A stretch of DNA of 63,202 nt, filler included, from Octopus bimaculoides (GCF_001194135.2; 8 parts of 8 records of this genome joined end to end with filler, not necessarily neighbours in it), one strand, 5' to 3'. Shown: positions 11,193 to 24,785, counted from the first letter of the whole stretch. The notes: generated by a model not told the origin, from the letters alone. Program-made: numbers and translations.

Positions 11193-13516
11193 AATTGAAG
11201 AATGAAACTTGCGCTATTTGTGCGACATGTTTTTCATTTGTGTATGAGCCTACTGCTACGATTTTTATTTATTCCCTGTTCATTCAAACTGTAATACCTT
11301 ATTTCATTGTTTACACATATTCGAGCCCACTGAACATTGAAATAGTATTACTCCTGTTAACATGTATCAGAGTATATGATATGAACTAATAACTGCGTTC
11401 GTCATTTTATTATCAACTGTCCTTTATACACAAGGGAGACACATGGTCACAAATGGTAGGTGTTATCATTTGTCACATGTATCACGCCTAAACAAATTTG
11501 TAATCTCTCCTAATTAATGCCAGAAGAAACGCTAGAAAAAAATTATATCCTCTCAATTTTAACGAACCAATTATATGATCTATATTTTGCATCTTCTTTT
11601 GGACTCCTTCAATATATGTGAATGCACCTGTTAATTTAGATGCCGCATTTCCAGAAGCAATATTCTGTGTAGAAAGACTGTATGGAATGTAAAACGAAAC
11701 TCTTTAAAATTCAATACAAATTGCATGTAACGCAGAAGACAATGTTTCGAAGGATATGTGGTGGGCAGAGAACATACATTGAAATGTATTCACTTGGTTC
11801 CTAGAATTACTTGGGTGGTAGACCGAATGACATATAGGTTTAAGATCATGACATCGAATAATTGCTAATTTTGTGACTGTCCACACTTTGACAAGCATTC
11901 CCCAGGTTTACAGTTTGAGTACGCCTTTCTGTTACTTCCCACCTACAAGAGAGTTCAGGCAACAGGTCGTGGAATCAACCAAACATGTGCATTTCTATGA
12001 AGTGTATTAATTATCGAATGGTATATTTATTTAAAGCTTTCACATTTAATTAATTTCCAAAAAGTTATTAAGATAATACATTACACATTACTTCTAAAGG
12101 AAACCTCTAATTATGACTTCCAAGCTGAGCATATTGTTTACATTATTAACAATATGTCGAGAAGTATATCATAATAATTTCGTTTTCTTTTATGGAGAAG
12201 TTCGTCTTAAATGACAGATAATTTTCTGGAAAGTATTGCTAGGATTGATGAAATTGATGGAGTTGGATTAATTCAGATTCTGTTATGTTATGTAATTTAC
12301 TCAACATTATCTAACCTTCCTCTAATGACATCATGCACGTGTAAATGTCGAATAAGAAAGAATTAAAGGTAGATTTTCCTTGGTGGGATTCGAACTCATA
12401 ATATAAAGAACATAAGAAAATGAATCTTGATTTACGTTGTAACGAATGTGATAAAACTTGGCACATTTTTTTGTAAAATATTAATAGCAATATTTGTAGA
12501 CCGGATTTGCTTTTACTTCTGATGATTGTACATCAGATTTAATAGCAAATATAACTGTAATTTATACAAATTCAAATCTGACACACCTTAAATATGTTGC
12601 GAATAATTTTTTGCATTGCCCATTTTTTCAACAACTAATTTATGTTTTCAAACGTGGACAAAGTCTGTGAACTTCATAAGTAAATTCAACGCAGCATAAC
12701 TTTGGATTTCTGTTAGAAAGAAGTATAAATTTTCTTCTATTTTACCAAATTGTGGCTTTAACATGTATGATTCATTTTGTCTCATGTATATACGAGCTGC
12801 GTAAATAACTATTATATAATTCGTGATATGCTGTCACTTACAGATGAATTTTTTCACGCATACCATGAAATTTTATTATATAAATGCTATGGATATGTTT
12901 CTGTATATTTTACAACGCATACGAATAAAAAATTATTCCTTTACTTCAGTCAATGCGAAATGTTTTGAACAAAATATATCAGATCCACAGCAAAGGAAAA
13001 ACAAAATCAATGTTGGTATTATTAATGAAATGATATATCGTAAAATAAATCATATGGAAAAATAATGTAAGTGTACATATTGGGAATGATTAATTCAAAT
13101 TGCTAAATGAGAACACCCATGACGAAAACATGCTTATTATATTATTATAAAACATTAAAAACCAATCCGATTAAAAGTCTGGGTAATTGCATAGTATAAA
13201 TATATGAATAGTGATATCAAAGCCACTGTACTTATTGACAAATGAATGTAAAACAGATAACAAAAACATGTTTTGTAATCATAGCTTCATTCCTATAGAA
13301 ACACAAGAATTTCATAAAGAAAAACACAGAAATTAAGTCATATATATTTAGTTCAAATGTGATATCGCTTGCTGCATGATAAAGGATCAGGAATAATCCG
13401 TAACTAATATAATGTGCGACAACAGTGTTTACCACCATTTAGTGGTAATTTGTGATAAGAAATAACATATATGACTATACACCCATGATTTTTTCATCGT
13501 TCGATGATGCAGTCGT

Positions 13517-13700
13517 CAAAATTGTCTGATAGCTATGATTGGATTCTCTCTCGTGTGTGGCATGGTGCAGAGTCCTGTTGTCAGATATAGGATCCTGCAG
13601 CAGCCATTCTCTTGACCCAGGGCAACACTACCTGATATAGGCCTCCGTTTTGGGGCCGTGTGGGAAGAGGAATATAGGCATAACGTCACCAGCACTTGTA
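13517..13700 (-). mobile_element. Tc1/mariner (DD37D/maT-like) transposase fragment
   Basis: GTGTGGCATGGTGCAGAGTCCTGTTG is shared with 39089-39970 and encodes QQDSAPCHT on the minus strand. Confidence 0.85.
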
Positions 13701-13702
13701 CT

Positions 13703-13905
13703 TTAATTGTTGGAGTCGTTTCAATGCGACCATGCTGGAGTAACGCCTTTAGTCGAACAAATTGTCGCCAGGGCTTATTCCTCGTTAGCCTAGTACTTAT
13801 TCCATTAGTCTCTTTTCTTTGCCGAACCTGTAGATTACGGCAACGTAAGCACACTAACGTCGGCTGTCAAGCGATGGAATGGAGACAAACATAGATACAC
13901 AAACA
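13703..13905 (-). mobile_element. SINE family A, 3' half
   Basis: CCATGCTGGAGTAACGCCTTTAGTCGAAC...GCCTAGTACTTATTC...TGTCAAGCGATG. Confidence 0.8.
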
Positions 13906-13920
13906 TATACACACACGCAT

Positions 13921-13922
13921 AG

Positions 13923-13990
<68 letters not shown>

Positions 13991-14028
13991 ATACATACAC
14001 ACACACATACACACACACACACACACAT

Positions 14029-14059
<31 letters not shown>

Positions 14060-14065
14060 CATATA
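13921..14065. repeat. compound (CTAT)n-(CA)n microsatellite
   Basis: Direct reading. Confidence 0.97.
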
Positions 14066-14264
14066 TATGCATACATCCAAAAAACGAAGAACAAACACAA
14101 AAATCTACAACGCGATTACGTACTACATGTAAAGTATTAGTGGACGATCAGGGAAGGGAAGGAAGGTGGTTTAACGTTTCGAGATAAGCTCTTCTTAAGA
14201 AACAGAGTAGAGTCCAATAGAAATGAAGACGGGGGAAAAATATATATCTTTTGTCTTTAGCAGT

Positions 14265-14445
14265 TTTCATTTCTTAGAATGCGTCCATGCTCGGCCATCG
14301 TTTTTAGAATGTTTAGTTGAACAAATCGACCCCACCACTTTAATTTAAGCTTGGTAATTATTCTATCGGACACATTTGCCAGCCGGCTACGTTACGAGAT
14401 GTAAAGAAACCAGCACCGGTTGCCAAGTGGTGTAGTGAGACAACA
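14265..14445 (-). mobile_element. SINE family A, 3' half, diverged
   Basis: TTAGTTGAACAAATCGACCCCA...TTATTCTATCGG...ACCAGCACCGGTTGCCAAG. Confidence 0.7.
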
Positions 14446-14565
14446 CATATTAAAACATACATGCATGCATGGATGTACATGCGTATGTATGTACATGCGT
14501 GTGTATGTATGTGTGCTTGTGTGTGTGTACTTAAAACGTGACTGTGTGTCTATATGCTTAAAGAC

Positions 14566-14601
<36 letters not shown>

Positions 14602-15019
14602 AAAGACAACGTATCATCGGCGAACATATTATTGAACGTTGTCAAAGAGTGCTAAAGCCTGCAGTGTAGAAATAGGAAACAGAAAACAGTTTGAAACGCA
14701 CATAGCAACACATGATAAAATCAATCTTGTGTTTGTAGTAAATTCTTCTATATTTACTCAGTATGTAATAAGCTGGAATATTACTAAGTAGAGGATTAGC
14801 TTAGCCACTTTATCCAAGGGAAGTGGATGATGATAATATACCTGGAGCTCTAAACACAACAGTAACATTCGGAAGAAATATATGCATACACCCACAAACA
14901 TAAACAAACACACAGACTCAGTCAGTCGCCATGATTGACCGCTAGCTCCACTATTTTTTTAAAAATTCTCTCTCTTTATTTCCTGGTGTTCCTTTCTGTT
15001 GCAGAGCGTAATCCTACAA

Positions 15020-15452
15020 CTTATTCTGTCGGTCTCTCTTGCCGATCCGCTAGGGAACGGGACGTAAACACACTAGCATCGGTTGTCAAGTGATGTTGGG
15101 GACAAACACAGACACACAAGCATATACATATATACAAGGTGTCCAGAAAGTCTGGGTACATGAGTATTAACACATACTTTAAGAAAGTATTATTTCTTAT
15201 ATTTAATTGTTTATGTTACGAATTTATTTTACGGCATGTACCCAGACCTTGTGGACACCCTGTATATATATATATATATATATATATACACGACGGGCTT
15301 CTTTCAGTTTCCGTCTACCAAATCAACTCAAAAGGATTTGGTCGAGCCGAGTCTATAGTAGAAGACACTCGCCCAAGTTGCCACGCAGTGGGATTGAGCC
15401 CGGAACAATGTGGTTGGTAAGCAAGCTACTTACCACACAGCCACTCCTGCAC
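15020..15452 (-). mobile_element. SINE family A interrupted by a MITE
   Basis: Both halves of family A are present in reverse orientation around the TA tract that holds the MITE. Confidence 0.88.
15135..15262. mobile_element. 128-bp Tc1/mariner-type MITE
   Basis: 28-bp imperfect TIRs: CAAGGTGTCCAGAAAGTCTGGGTACATG versus reverse complement CAGGGTGTCCACAAGGTCTGGGTACATG; TA on both sides. Confidence 0.88.
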
Positions 15453-18400
15453 TGCTTGGTAAATTGAAGTGATATTTGCAAAATCTAACTCTCCAACGCG
15501 ATACAGGAGCAGAATATTTCTGAGTAATGTCGGAATTTATTTAATACCAACTTATAGGATGATATAACTACGTTCGTAATATTTGTCAATTTTATCTCCA
15601 AATACAAAATGCCGAAATTAGCCTCTAAGTCCATGTTATATAAGGATGGTTTTCGAGTGGAATTATTATTAATGTCCAAATACATTAATGTGTTATTTGA
15701 TAATTAAGATAGACGTAATGCTTATGCAACATCCACTCGTTATTTGGATCGATCATACTTCACCGCAGTGTTACCGGCAATACACTCAGTAAATAGAAAA
15801 GATGAGCAGGTGTTGGTTTCTATGTTTAAAAGTCTCAAGCGGCTTCGTCAGTGCTTTTCTAATACTTTGCACTGTTTGACGTATCACCATAAGACGCACA
15901 AGATTTCCCACTATCATTCATGAATATTTTAATATGTTTTGCCTCCAACGCATTATAGCAATTTTCAGCTTTCTCCCACACTGTCACTGTGTTTCTGTCA
16001 TTTTCTTTCCCTACCTTCTCGATTCTTTCATGCTTTGTGACTACTTCCTTTCGTAGTGTTCCTTTCTCTTAACGGTCCCTTCTGATATCGCTTTCTCTTT
16101 CACCATATTCGGCCATTGAAATCCTGTCATGTATAACCTGACATCCTGCCATAAAATATTGTATCTTCTCAGAATAATGATAGAATTTTAAGTTACAACT
16201 TTACTTGCAGCAGCACCTAAATTTCAGCATAGTTTGATTTGTGTTACTTAAGCTGTAAAGAAATTAATACACATACACACATACACACACACACACACAT
16301 ACAAACACACACACACGCACACGCACACACACACGCACACACACACACACACACACATACATACATACATATATATATAAAAATCAAACTAAAGCATTCT
16401 TGATGAAATGAAATTTTCGAAACTTGTTNNNNNNNNNNNNNNNNNNNNNNNNNNNNNNNNNNNNNNNNNNNNNNNNNNNNNNNNNNNNNNNNNNNNNNNN
16501 NNNNNNNNNNNNNNNNNNNNNNNNNNNNNNNNNNNNNNNNNNNNNNNNNNNNNNNNNNNNNNNNNNNNNNNNNNNNNNNNNNNNNNNNNNNNNNNNNNNN
16601 NNNNNNNNNNNNNNNNNNNNNNNNNNNNNNNNNNNNNNNNNNNNNNNNNNNNNNNNNNNNNNNNNNNNNNNNNNNNNNNNNNNNNNNNNNNNNNNNNNNN
16701 NNNNNNNNNNNNNNNNNNNNNNNNNNNNNNNNNNNNNNNNNNNNNNNNNNNNNNNNNNNNNNNNNNNNNNNNNNNNNNNNNNNNNNNNNNNNNNNNNNNN
16801 NNNNNNNNNNNNNNNNNNNNNNNNNNNNNNNNNNNNNNNNNNTATATATACGTTTATATATGTATGTATATATATTAAAATCAAACTAAAGCATTCTTGA
16901 TGAAATGAAATTTTCGAAACTTGTTGGCACACAACTTTTCACACGTAGTAACAGTGGAAAATTGTGTGCTATGATATATTTCCGATTAGATGTACTTCAC
17001 AATTGAGCAGAACTATAGCAACTAGCATTCATTTATACGGCATTTTTACATAGCACAAAAATGTTATCAAATTTACGTTACTGCAGTAAGGTTTTGACGC
17101 ATTTACATTTTGGTCCTATCATCTTTCTCTGAACTGTTACACTCTGCATTACCTCGAAAACTTGTTTCGAACGGCAGCTAATATTTTTGTTAATAAAAAT
17201 CCACATATCGAAAATATTTTAGAAGAGATTTTAAATAAAGAATGTTTCTTATATAGAAACATTCTTGAATTTTCATTCAACTTTTGCTGTGATATATTTC
17301 AGTTGTATTTAACTATGCGTCTTTCTTTACGCTTGAATTTTCTTTCTTTCTCTTCCTGTTACAAATAAATATCAGTTTGACTTTCAGTTTGTGTAGAAAA
17401 GGAAAAATCAACGCAGAAATGATATATAATTTCATTATTTGTCGTCTATAAAACGGTTCTCAACTTTCCAATTACTTAATTTGTGATATTCACACAGTAA
17501 AGTTTTATGATACTAAAGTGTGGGAGTTATATATTTACAGCGTCATATTTGTTTGAAAGGCGGCAGATTCTAACGAGGATATTAATGCTTTCCACCGGTT
17601 TACTTCTATAGTTTTGAATAATATACTCGTCTGAGTGATGAAAATGAAAACTTCTTAGTGAAGTAATAAACAACAGCATTACTTGGTAATATCAGATTCG
17701 ACATAAAACTAGTCCAATAAAGATCGGGATTTAACTCATTATGTAAAATAGTCAGGAATTTTTCCTTCCTATTTCGCAACAAGGCATAGGCACTAATGTT
17801 AGAAAAACATAATTATCAAATATTGAGTGAATTTTCAAATACAGTAAACTCATGCAGAACTTACGTTATGTGTTGGTATATAAAAGTAAAAAAAATGGGC
17901 ATATATGAAATTCAACTGGTATGTATAAGGATGGAATTTCGAATGTGTTACTATATACTTTCAGTTTTGAAAACCTATCTCCAGTCTCATTACAAGGCCG
18001 TTTTCATGTCTATAGATTGGAAGTATGATAGCACGAATAAGCATTATATACACATACACAAACAAACACACACTCATATATATATATATATATATATNNN
18101 NNNNNNNNNNNNNNNNNNNNNNNNNNNNNNNNNNNNNNNNNNNNNNNNNNNNNNNNNNNNNNNNNNNNNNNNNNNNNNNNNNNNNNNNNNNNNNNNNNNN
18201 NNNNNNNNNNNNNNNNNNNNNNNNNNNNNNNNNNNNNNNNNNNNNNNNNNNNNNNNNNNNNNNNNNNNNNNNNNNNNNNNNNNNNNNNNNNNNNNNNNNN
18301 NNNNNNNNNNNNNNNNNNNNNNNNNNNNNNNNNNNNNNNNNNNNNNNNNNNNNNNNNNNNNNNNNNNNNNNNNNNNNNNNNNNNNNNNNNNNNNNNNNNN

Positions 18401-18734
18401 NNNNNNNNNNNNNNNNNNNNNNNNNNNNNNNNNNNNNNNNNNNNNNNNNNNNNNNNNNNNNNNNNNNNNNNNNNNNNNNNNNNNNNNNNNNNNNNNNNNN
18501 NNNNNNNNNNNNNNNNNNNNNNNNNNNNNNNNNNNNNNNNNNNNNNNNNNNNNNNNNNNNNNNNNNNNNNNNNNNNNNNNNNNNNNNNNNNNNNNNNNNN
18601 NNNNNNNNNNNNNNNNNNNNNNNNNNNNNNNNNNNNNNNNNNNNNNNNNNNNNNNNNNNNNNNNNNNNNNNNNNNNNNNNNNNNNNNNNNNNNNGTGTCT
18701 GTGTGTGTGTGTGTGTGTGTATGTCAGTGTGTTT

Positions 18735-18950
18735 GTGTGTATGTCAGTGTGTTTGTACCCCTAGCATTGCTTGGCAGCTGATGCTATTGTGTTTACGTCC
18801 CCGTTAACTACCGGTTTGGCAAAAGAGACCGATAGGGTAAGTACTAGGCTTACACAGAATAAGTCCCGGGGTCGTGTTACTCGACTAAAGGAGGTGCACC
18901 AGCATGGCCGCAGTCGAATGACTGAAACAAATAAAAGAGTAAAAAGTGTA
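18735..18950 (+). mobile_element. SINE family A, 3' half (5' half probably in the gap)
   Basis: GATAGGGTAAGTACTAGGCTTACACAGAATAAGTCCCGGGGTCG...CCAGCATGGCCGCAGTCGAATGACTGAAAC. Confidence 0.88.
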
Positions 18951-19814
18951 GGAATTAAAATCAATAATTATATCGATTAACATTAATTGCTTCGTTACAA
19001 TTAACTATTAGAGCAACACAATTATAAAGACACTGGAAATTATTTTTTCTATATGACAATTTTGAGACAGTGGTAAAAAAATAATTTAATATACTCAGAT
19101 TCATCTTTTGTGTTTTATGATCGAAATACACATTGAAAGCATAGGTATAATCCTGTATTTATGTAATTGTGTTTGCATTTATGTAAACGATTACTTGTGA
19201 GGTTTATTGCTTTTACATCCGCATAAATCTCAAATGAGAATAAGTACCAAATTTATATTTGTTCAGTTGTAGTTCAGCGAGATAAGAAAGATTGGTTTGT
19301 ATATTTTTTGCATTATAAAGAACGTTGACTTTCTCAGCAAACATACATGTGAATTAGTTTTAATATGTTGATGCAAAATCCCATTTAGGTCTGTTAGATA
19401 GGTCAACAAAACTTTGAAGTACTAACTGAAAAAGTTTAAATTAAAAGAATGCAAACGTGCATAATGCATATTTTAATTGAAACGACCGATATTGCGATCT
19501 TCAAAGCCCATATGAAAATACAAATTATTCTATTGATTAGAGCAGGAATGTATTACATTTTACATATACTCTCTATGCATTTTCATTTTTAACAAACGGA
19601 ATTATAGATTTATGTATATTTTGTGTAGTTTTGCTAAGTCCAGACAGAGAAATCTTCCTATTAAAGTAAATTGAAAACAAACATTATTAAGCTGATTGAC
19701 TACAGTCATTTTCCCAACAATAGAAGATACTAATATTTATAGATATTACAAGAAAGGTTAATAGGGGCATATTAAACTTGGTTCGGAATATTTATCTATC
19801 TGCCAATATATGTA

Positions 19815-19859
<45 letters not shown>

Positions 19860-21112
19860 GTATGTATGCATGTATGTATGTATATGTATATAGACATACA
19901 AAGATTAAGATATATGTATTTTATGTATGTATAGATAATATAAACAATATATATGTGTATATTATCATACACATCGAAAGGAATATATATGTATATATGA
20001 TGATAGATACATAGATGGATACATACATACCTATAGACACATACACGAAAGCACACATATAGGTTTATAGGTATAATCCTGTATGTATGAAAGTGTGTTT
20101 CCATTTATGTAAGCGAATACATATACTTATGATGTTTATTGATTTTACATCTGCATAATCTCAAATGAAAATAAGTATCAGTTTCATATTTGTTCAATTG
20201 TATTTCAGTGAGACATTAATTAATGGACACAAATTGATCGAAGGTTATTTTCTCCTATCGCATTCCCCCTTTATATATAAGGCATCGGTTAATATCATGG
20301 TGAATATATGATTTTTAAAATCTTTTTTTTTCCTTCTGGCTATGAAGTGAACTCTCTTTCCGATAGCAAAAAAAAAAGGTCTGATTTGCTTAAGGCATTC
20401 ATATAAATAGAGAGAAATAAGGATAGCGGATGAAGTAGGAACGAGTGAAAATTATCAGAGAGAACAAACTACCACAGATTTTTTTCCTTTGTTTTTATTA
20501 ACTTTCAATTACCAATGTCCAATTTTACCGATTTTATCTCCCATTTGGCAAACAGTATCCGTAACTGCCGTTAGTGTATAGAATTATTGACGTTTCCGGA
20601 AACTTATTCATTAGAATTCATTTTACTTTACGCCATATTTCAATTTGCTTTTAGTTAAGATAGTGAAAATTGTTTGGAATGTTTTAACATTGCTGATTTA
20701 TTCCTAAACTTGCTGTAGTTATATATGAAGTGATGATTATGTTCTCGCCTTTCATAAAATATCAACTGGATAACGTTTTAGAAAGTAAAAATATAGCATT
20801 GTAAAGTAGCCATCATTTGATTCCACCGATATATATGTCAAAATTTATATTTATTTCAGATTCATGGCACATAAGCTAAGAAATGGCGTAGAACACTGTA
20901 AGACAATATCTTTTTGTAGGTGGCCTGCGTTTTTAACCTTCATATGCAGCATAATGAGGCTATAATTTGGGTGAATAGATATTGGAGGAAATACCACACG
21001 TTAATGTAATAACGTTTATAAAAAATATCTATTGGCATAAATAGATACTGTTTGAATATTGTAGTTGAATTGCGCATTTACATGTCAATGCATACTCTTT
21101 GAATGAAAAACC

Positions 21113-22029
21113 GGTATGATATGTCACAAACTGCGTGATCTCGGCATAGCTGGAAAACTTGGAGAGTGATTACATGACGTTCTGAATGATAGAAGTCAGG
21201 TAGTAGTGGCTAATGGAGCCACCTCTATAAAAACACAAATAGTGAGCGGTGTTCCACAGGACACCGTCTTGGGACAACTGCGTTTTATGGTGGCCCGCTC
21301 AGATATGCCCTCAAGTGCCCAGATAACCACACTTGCAAGCAACGCAGACGATACGAAAGTCTAACAGAAAATACATAACCTCAGCGATGTTGCACATCTG
21401 CAGCAGGACTTGGACTCAACTTACAGATGGGCGGAGGATACTAAAGTGCAGTTTAATGCTGAAAAATTCTAAGCCCTGCGTTACCAGCGTCCAAAACTGA
21501 TATGAAACTTACAGGCTACATTGGTCCACAGGGAATTTCAATCAAGAGCCTAAATCAGTGAGGGACCTTGGTATTGACATGAGTGATGATACCTCTTTCC
21601 AAGTGCACATAACCAGGATGGCGGCAAAGTGCAGAAGATTGGCTGAAAGGAACCTGAGAACATTCAGAACCAGAGATAAGGAAACCATGGTAATCCTATG
21701 GACGACATTCGGCCTCAGCCGCCTGGATTACTGCTCCCAGCAGTGGTCGCCCACTGGTGTACAATTAACAGCGGACCTTGAAGCAATCCAAAGAAGATTC
21801 ACAAAGAACATCGTCTCTTTGCAAATGCTCAGCTACTGGGAAAGCCTGAAACAGCTAAGATTCTACTCCCGGGAGAGAAGGCGAGAGAGGTATGCAGTAA
21901 TATACATCTGGAAGATCCTGGAAAGAATTGTGACAAATGTTGGCGTTGAAAGCTACATCAATCCCAAAATGGGACGACACTGCATAGTGCCAAAGATCCC
22001 AGCAAAGCCATCGCGCTTCAGGATCAGGT
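21113..22029 (+). mobile_element. CR1-like LINE ORF2 fragment (RT and C-terminus), degenerate
   Basis: GMICHKLRDLGIAGKLGE*...VSGVPQDTVLG...NADDTKV (YADD-like), then RDLGIDMSD...SRLDYCSQQWSP...ERRRERYAVIYIWKILE; in-frame stops. Confidence 0.93.
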
Positions 22030-22129
22030 NNNNNNNNNNNNNNNNNNNNNNNNNNNNNNNNNNNNNNNNNNNNTTAATTAATTAANNNNNNNNNNNNNNN
22101 NNNNNNNNNNNNNNNNNNNNNNNNNNNNN
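22030..22129. other. artificial scaffolding spacer (44 N + TTAATTAATTAA + 44 N), first of seven
   Basis: The same 100-bp layout occurs at 22030, 28775, 30400, 33228, 52945, 55816 and 59805. Confidence 0.97.
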
Positions 22130-22362
22130 GGCACATAAAAGACACCATTTCGAGCGTGGCCGTTTTCGTGCGGGTGACACGTAAAAGCACCCACTACACT
22201 CTTTGAGTGGTTGGCGTTAGGAAGGGCATCCAGCTGTAGAAACTCTGCCAAATCAGACTGGAGCCTGGTGTTGCCATCCGGTTTCACCAGTCCTCAGTCA
22301 AATCGTCCAACCCATGCTAGCATGGAAAGCGGACGTTAAACGATGATGATGATGATGATGAT
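22130..22362 (+). mobile_element. retroposon 3' part with (GAT)n tail, RTE-associated type
   Basis: GGTTGGCGTTAGGAAGGGCATCCAGCTGTAGAAA...CCAACCCATGCTAGCATGGAAAGCGGACGTTAAAC(GAT)n. A diverged relative lies at 28458-28545. The RTE link is from recall. Confidence 0.75.
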
Positions 22363-22497
22363 ATACATGTATATGTTAATTTTCTAAGTGGATATGTACA
22401 CTGATTATCCCTTTCTGCATGATGTTGAATAATTTATGTACAAATTTCTACGCATTTTTTGCAGAATGTAGCGAATTCATACACCACAAAGCACATG

Positions 22498-22590
<93 letters not shown>
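22498..22590. repeat. (CA)n microsatellite
   Basis: Direct reading. Confidence 0.98.
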
Positions 22591-22591
<1 letters not shown>

Positions 22592-22759
22592 ACACTCACT
22601 ACTGGACTACTTATTGTGATTTTGTATTCATATTCTATAGTAATTCTTTAGTAGTGCTATGGGCAAAACTTACCTCTAGAGAATAAGTATGCACTTCAAC
22701 ATTTTCCTTCATCATTTCTCACTCTCACAATCTCATACCTTCTGTTTCTATAATCTCTA

Positions 22760-22846
<87 letters not shown>

Positions 22847-23062
22847 CTCTCTCTCTCTCTCTCAAGCATACGCATGCCCATACTTATCAGAAATGTATTT
22901 TACATGCCTGTAAAATCGTGAGCAGTTGACATGAATATGTGTCAATTTTTAATGGTTGAACAATAGCGTATGTCTTCATCATTATCTTGACCACACAAGC
23001 TTACCTGCACTTATACATACATATATGTGTACGCATGTGCACGTGTGTGAGTGCATATATAT

Positions 23063-23098
<36 letters not shown>

Positions 23099-23452
23099 GT
23101 AAAGGTAAAATCCAAGAATCAAACTTCAAGCAGTCTGTAGAAGGTATAAAATACAACTTTTCTGAATGCAAGTCGTTTATTGATGTAGAAGCTTGTAAAT
23201 TTTTCCCATATTGAAGTTCGATGAGCTGAAAAATGTTATTTTATAGTTAACAGTTAGCAAAGGAATGTGTATGCAAAGGAAAATCCTAATTTAAGGAACG
23301 GAGTAGATAAAATCCAGTTTATATGTGTTTCCTAGCTAGCAGATCCTCTGATGTAATAATTACTCGACGCAGGATACTCTGCCAGCTACTCATAGGATCA
23401 CATAGGAATCCTATCTTAACTCGCAGGAGATTTCATTGAAAATTTGTATATA

Positions 23453-23830
23453 TACTGCTCCCAGCTATGGTCACCCTACAGTGTAGAATTAATAACGGAC
23501 CTTGAAGCAATCCAGCGAAGCTTCCCAAAGAAAATCTTCTCACTGCAACAGCCCAGCTACTGGGAAATGCTGAAACAGCTAAGACTCTACTTCCTGGTGT
23601 GAAGGTGGGAAAGATATGCAGTAATATATATCTGGAAGATCCTGGAAAGGACTCTGACAAATTTTGGCTTTGAAAGCTACACAAATGCCAGGATGGATCG
23701 ATACTGCACAGTGCCAGAGATCTCACAGTGCTAAAGATTCCACAGTACCAAAGATCGTCGTGCTTCAGGACCAGTTACTACAACAGCCTGGGTTTCAGAG
23801 ACGCACAGCTCTTTAATATTCTCCCAAATA
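23453..23830 (+). mobile_element. CR1-like LINE C-terminal fragment
   Basis: YCSQLWSP...DLEAIQR...YWEMLKQLRLY...YAVIYIWKILE; clear nucleotide similarity to 21730-22029. Confidence 0.9.
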
Positions 23831-23900
23831 GCAGTTTTTGTGATATTTTTGCTGCTTTTTAATAAAGCATATTTACTTATGCGCACACACATACACACAC

Positions 23901-23945
<45 letters not shown>

Positions 23946-23946
23946 C

Positions 23947-23993
<47 letters not shown>

Positions 23994-24242
23994 TAGATAG
24001 ATAGATAGATAGATAGACAGAAAGAAACTCACATACACACATGCACACACACACACACANNNNNNNNNNNNNNNNNNNNNNNNNNNNNNNNNNNNNNNNN
24101 NNNNNNNNNNNNNNNNNNNNNNNNNNNNNNNNNNNNNNNNNNNNNNNNNNNNNNNNNNNNNNNNNNNNNNNNNNNNNNNNNNNNNNNNNTTTGCTGCTTT
24201 TTAATAAAGCATATTTACTTATGCGCACACACATACACACAC

Positions 24243-24287
<45 letters not shown>

Positions 24288-24288
24288 C

Positions 24289-24335
<47 letters not shown>

Positions 24336-24574
24336 TAGATAGATAGATAGATAGATAGACAGAAAGAAACTCACATACACACATGCACACACACACACAC
24401 ACATACACACAACACAAAATGTAATTAAGCATTTAAATCACATGACTGATTGCTTTTTTTTTTTTTTCATTTAATGCCTCTCTCAGAGAATGAAAGGAAG
24501 TGACTCATCATCTTTCCAGGATCATTAATCCTAGTAGTGGGTGAGGAGAAGAGCGGATGTTATTTGATGCTGAC

Positions 24575-24785
24575 TGTTGTTACTTTGGATTAAACCAGAC
24601 TGACTCTTAAAGAAGGCATCTATGATCAAAGGCATTCTAGCCACGAACATCTTATTTTAATCAAAGATTCAGCTTAAGACATCAAATACGTTACTTTTTA
24701 AGACAGTAGGGTATAACCTGAGGTGGGGGATTTAGTTGCTATTTCAAGAGGTTGACCGACCTTGTAGAGGCCCTCTTGCTGATTA
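24575..24785 (+). repeat. interspersed repeat family D
   Basis: CTATGATCAAAGGCATTCTAGCCACGAAC...GGGGATTTAGTTGCTATTTCAAGAGGTTGACCGACCTTGTAGAGGCCC; the motif recurs at 53.7-55.6 kb. Confidence 0.7.

Noticed and set aside
16381-16925. 48-bp exact direct repeat on both sides of a gap (16381-16428 and 16878-16925)
   Set aside because: Identity and position at contig ends indicate an unmerged overlap artefact.
22074-22085. Palindromic TTAATTAATTAA as a regulatory or homeobox site
   Set aside because: It is always centred in 44+44 N, so it is a synthetic linker.
23848-24400. ~210-bp exact duplication including a (GATA)(GACA) tract around a gap
   Set aside because: Same artefact pattern; probably a single genomic copy.
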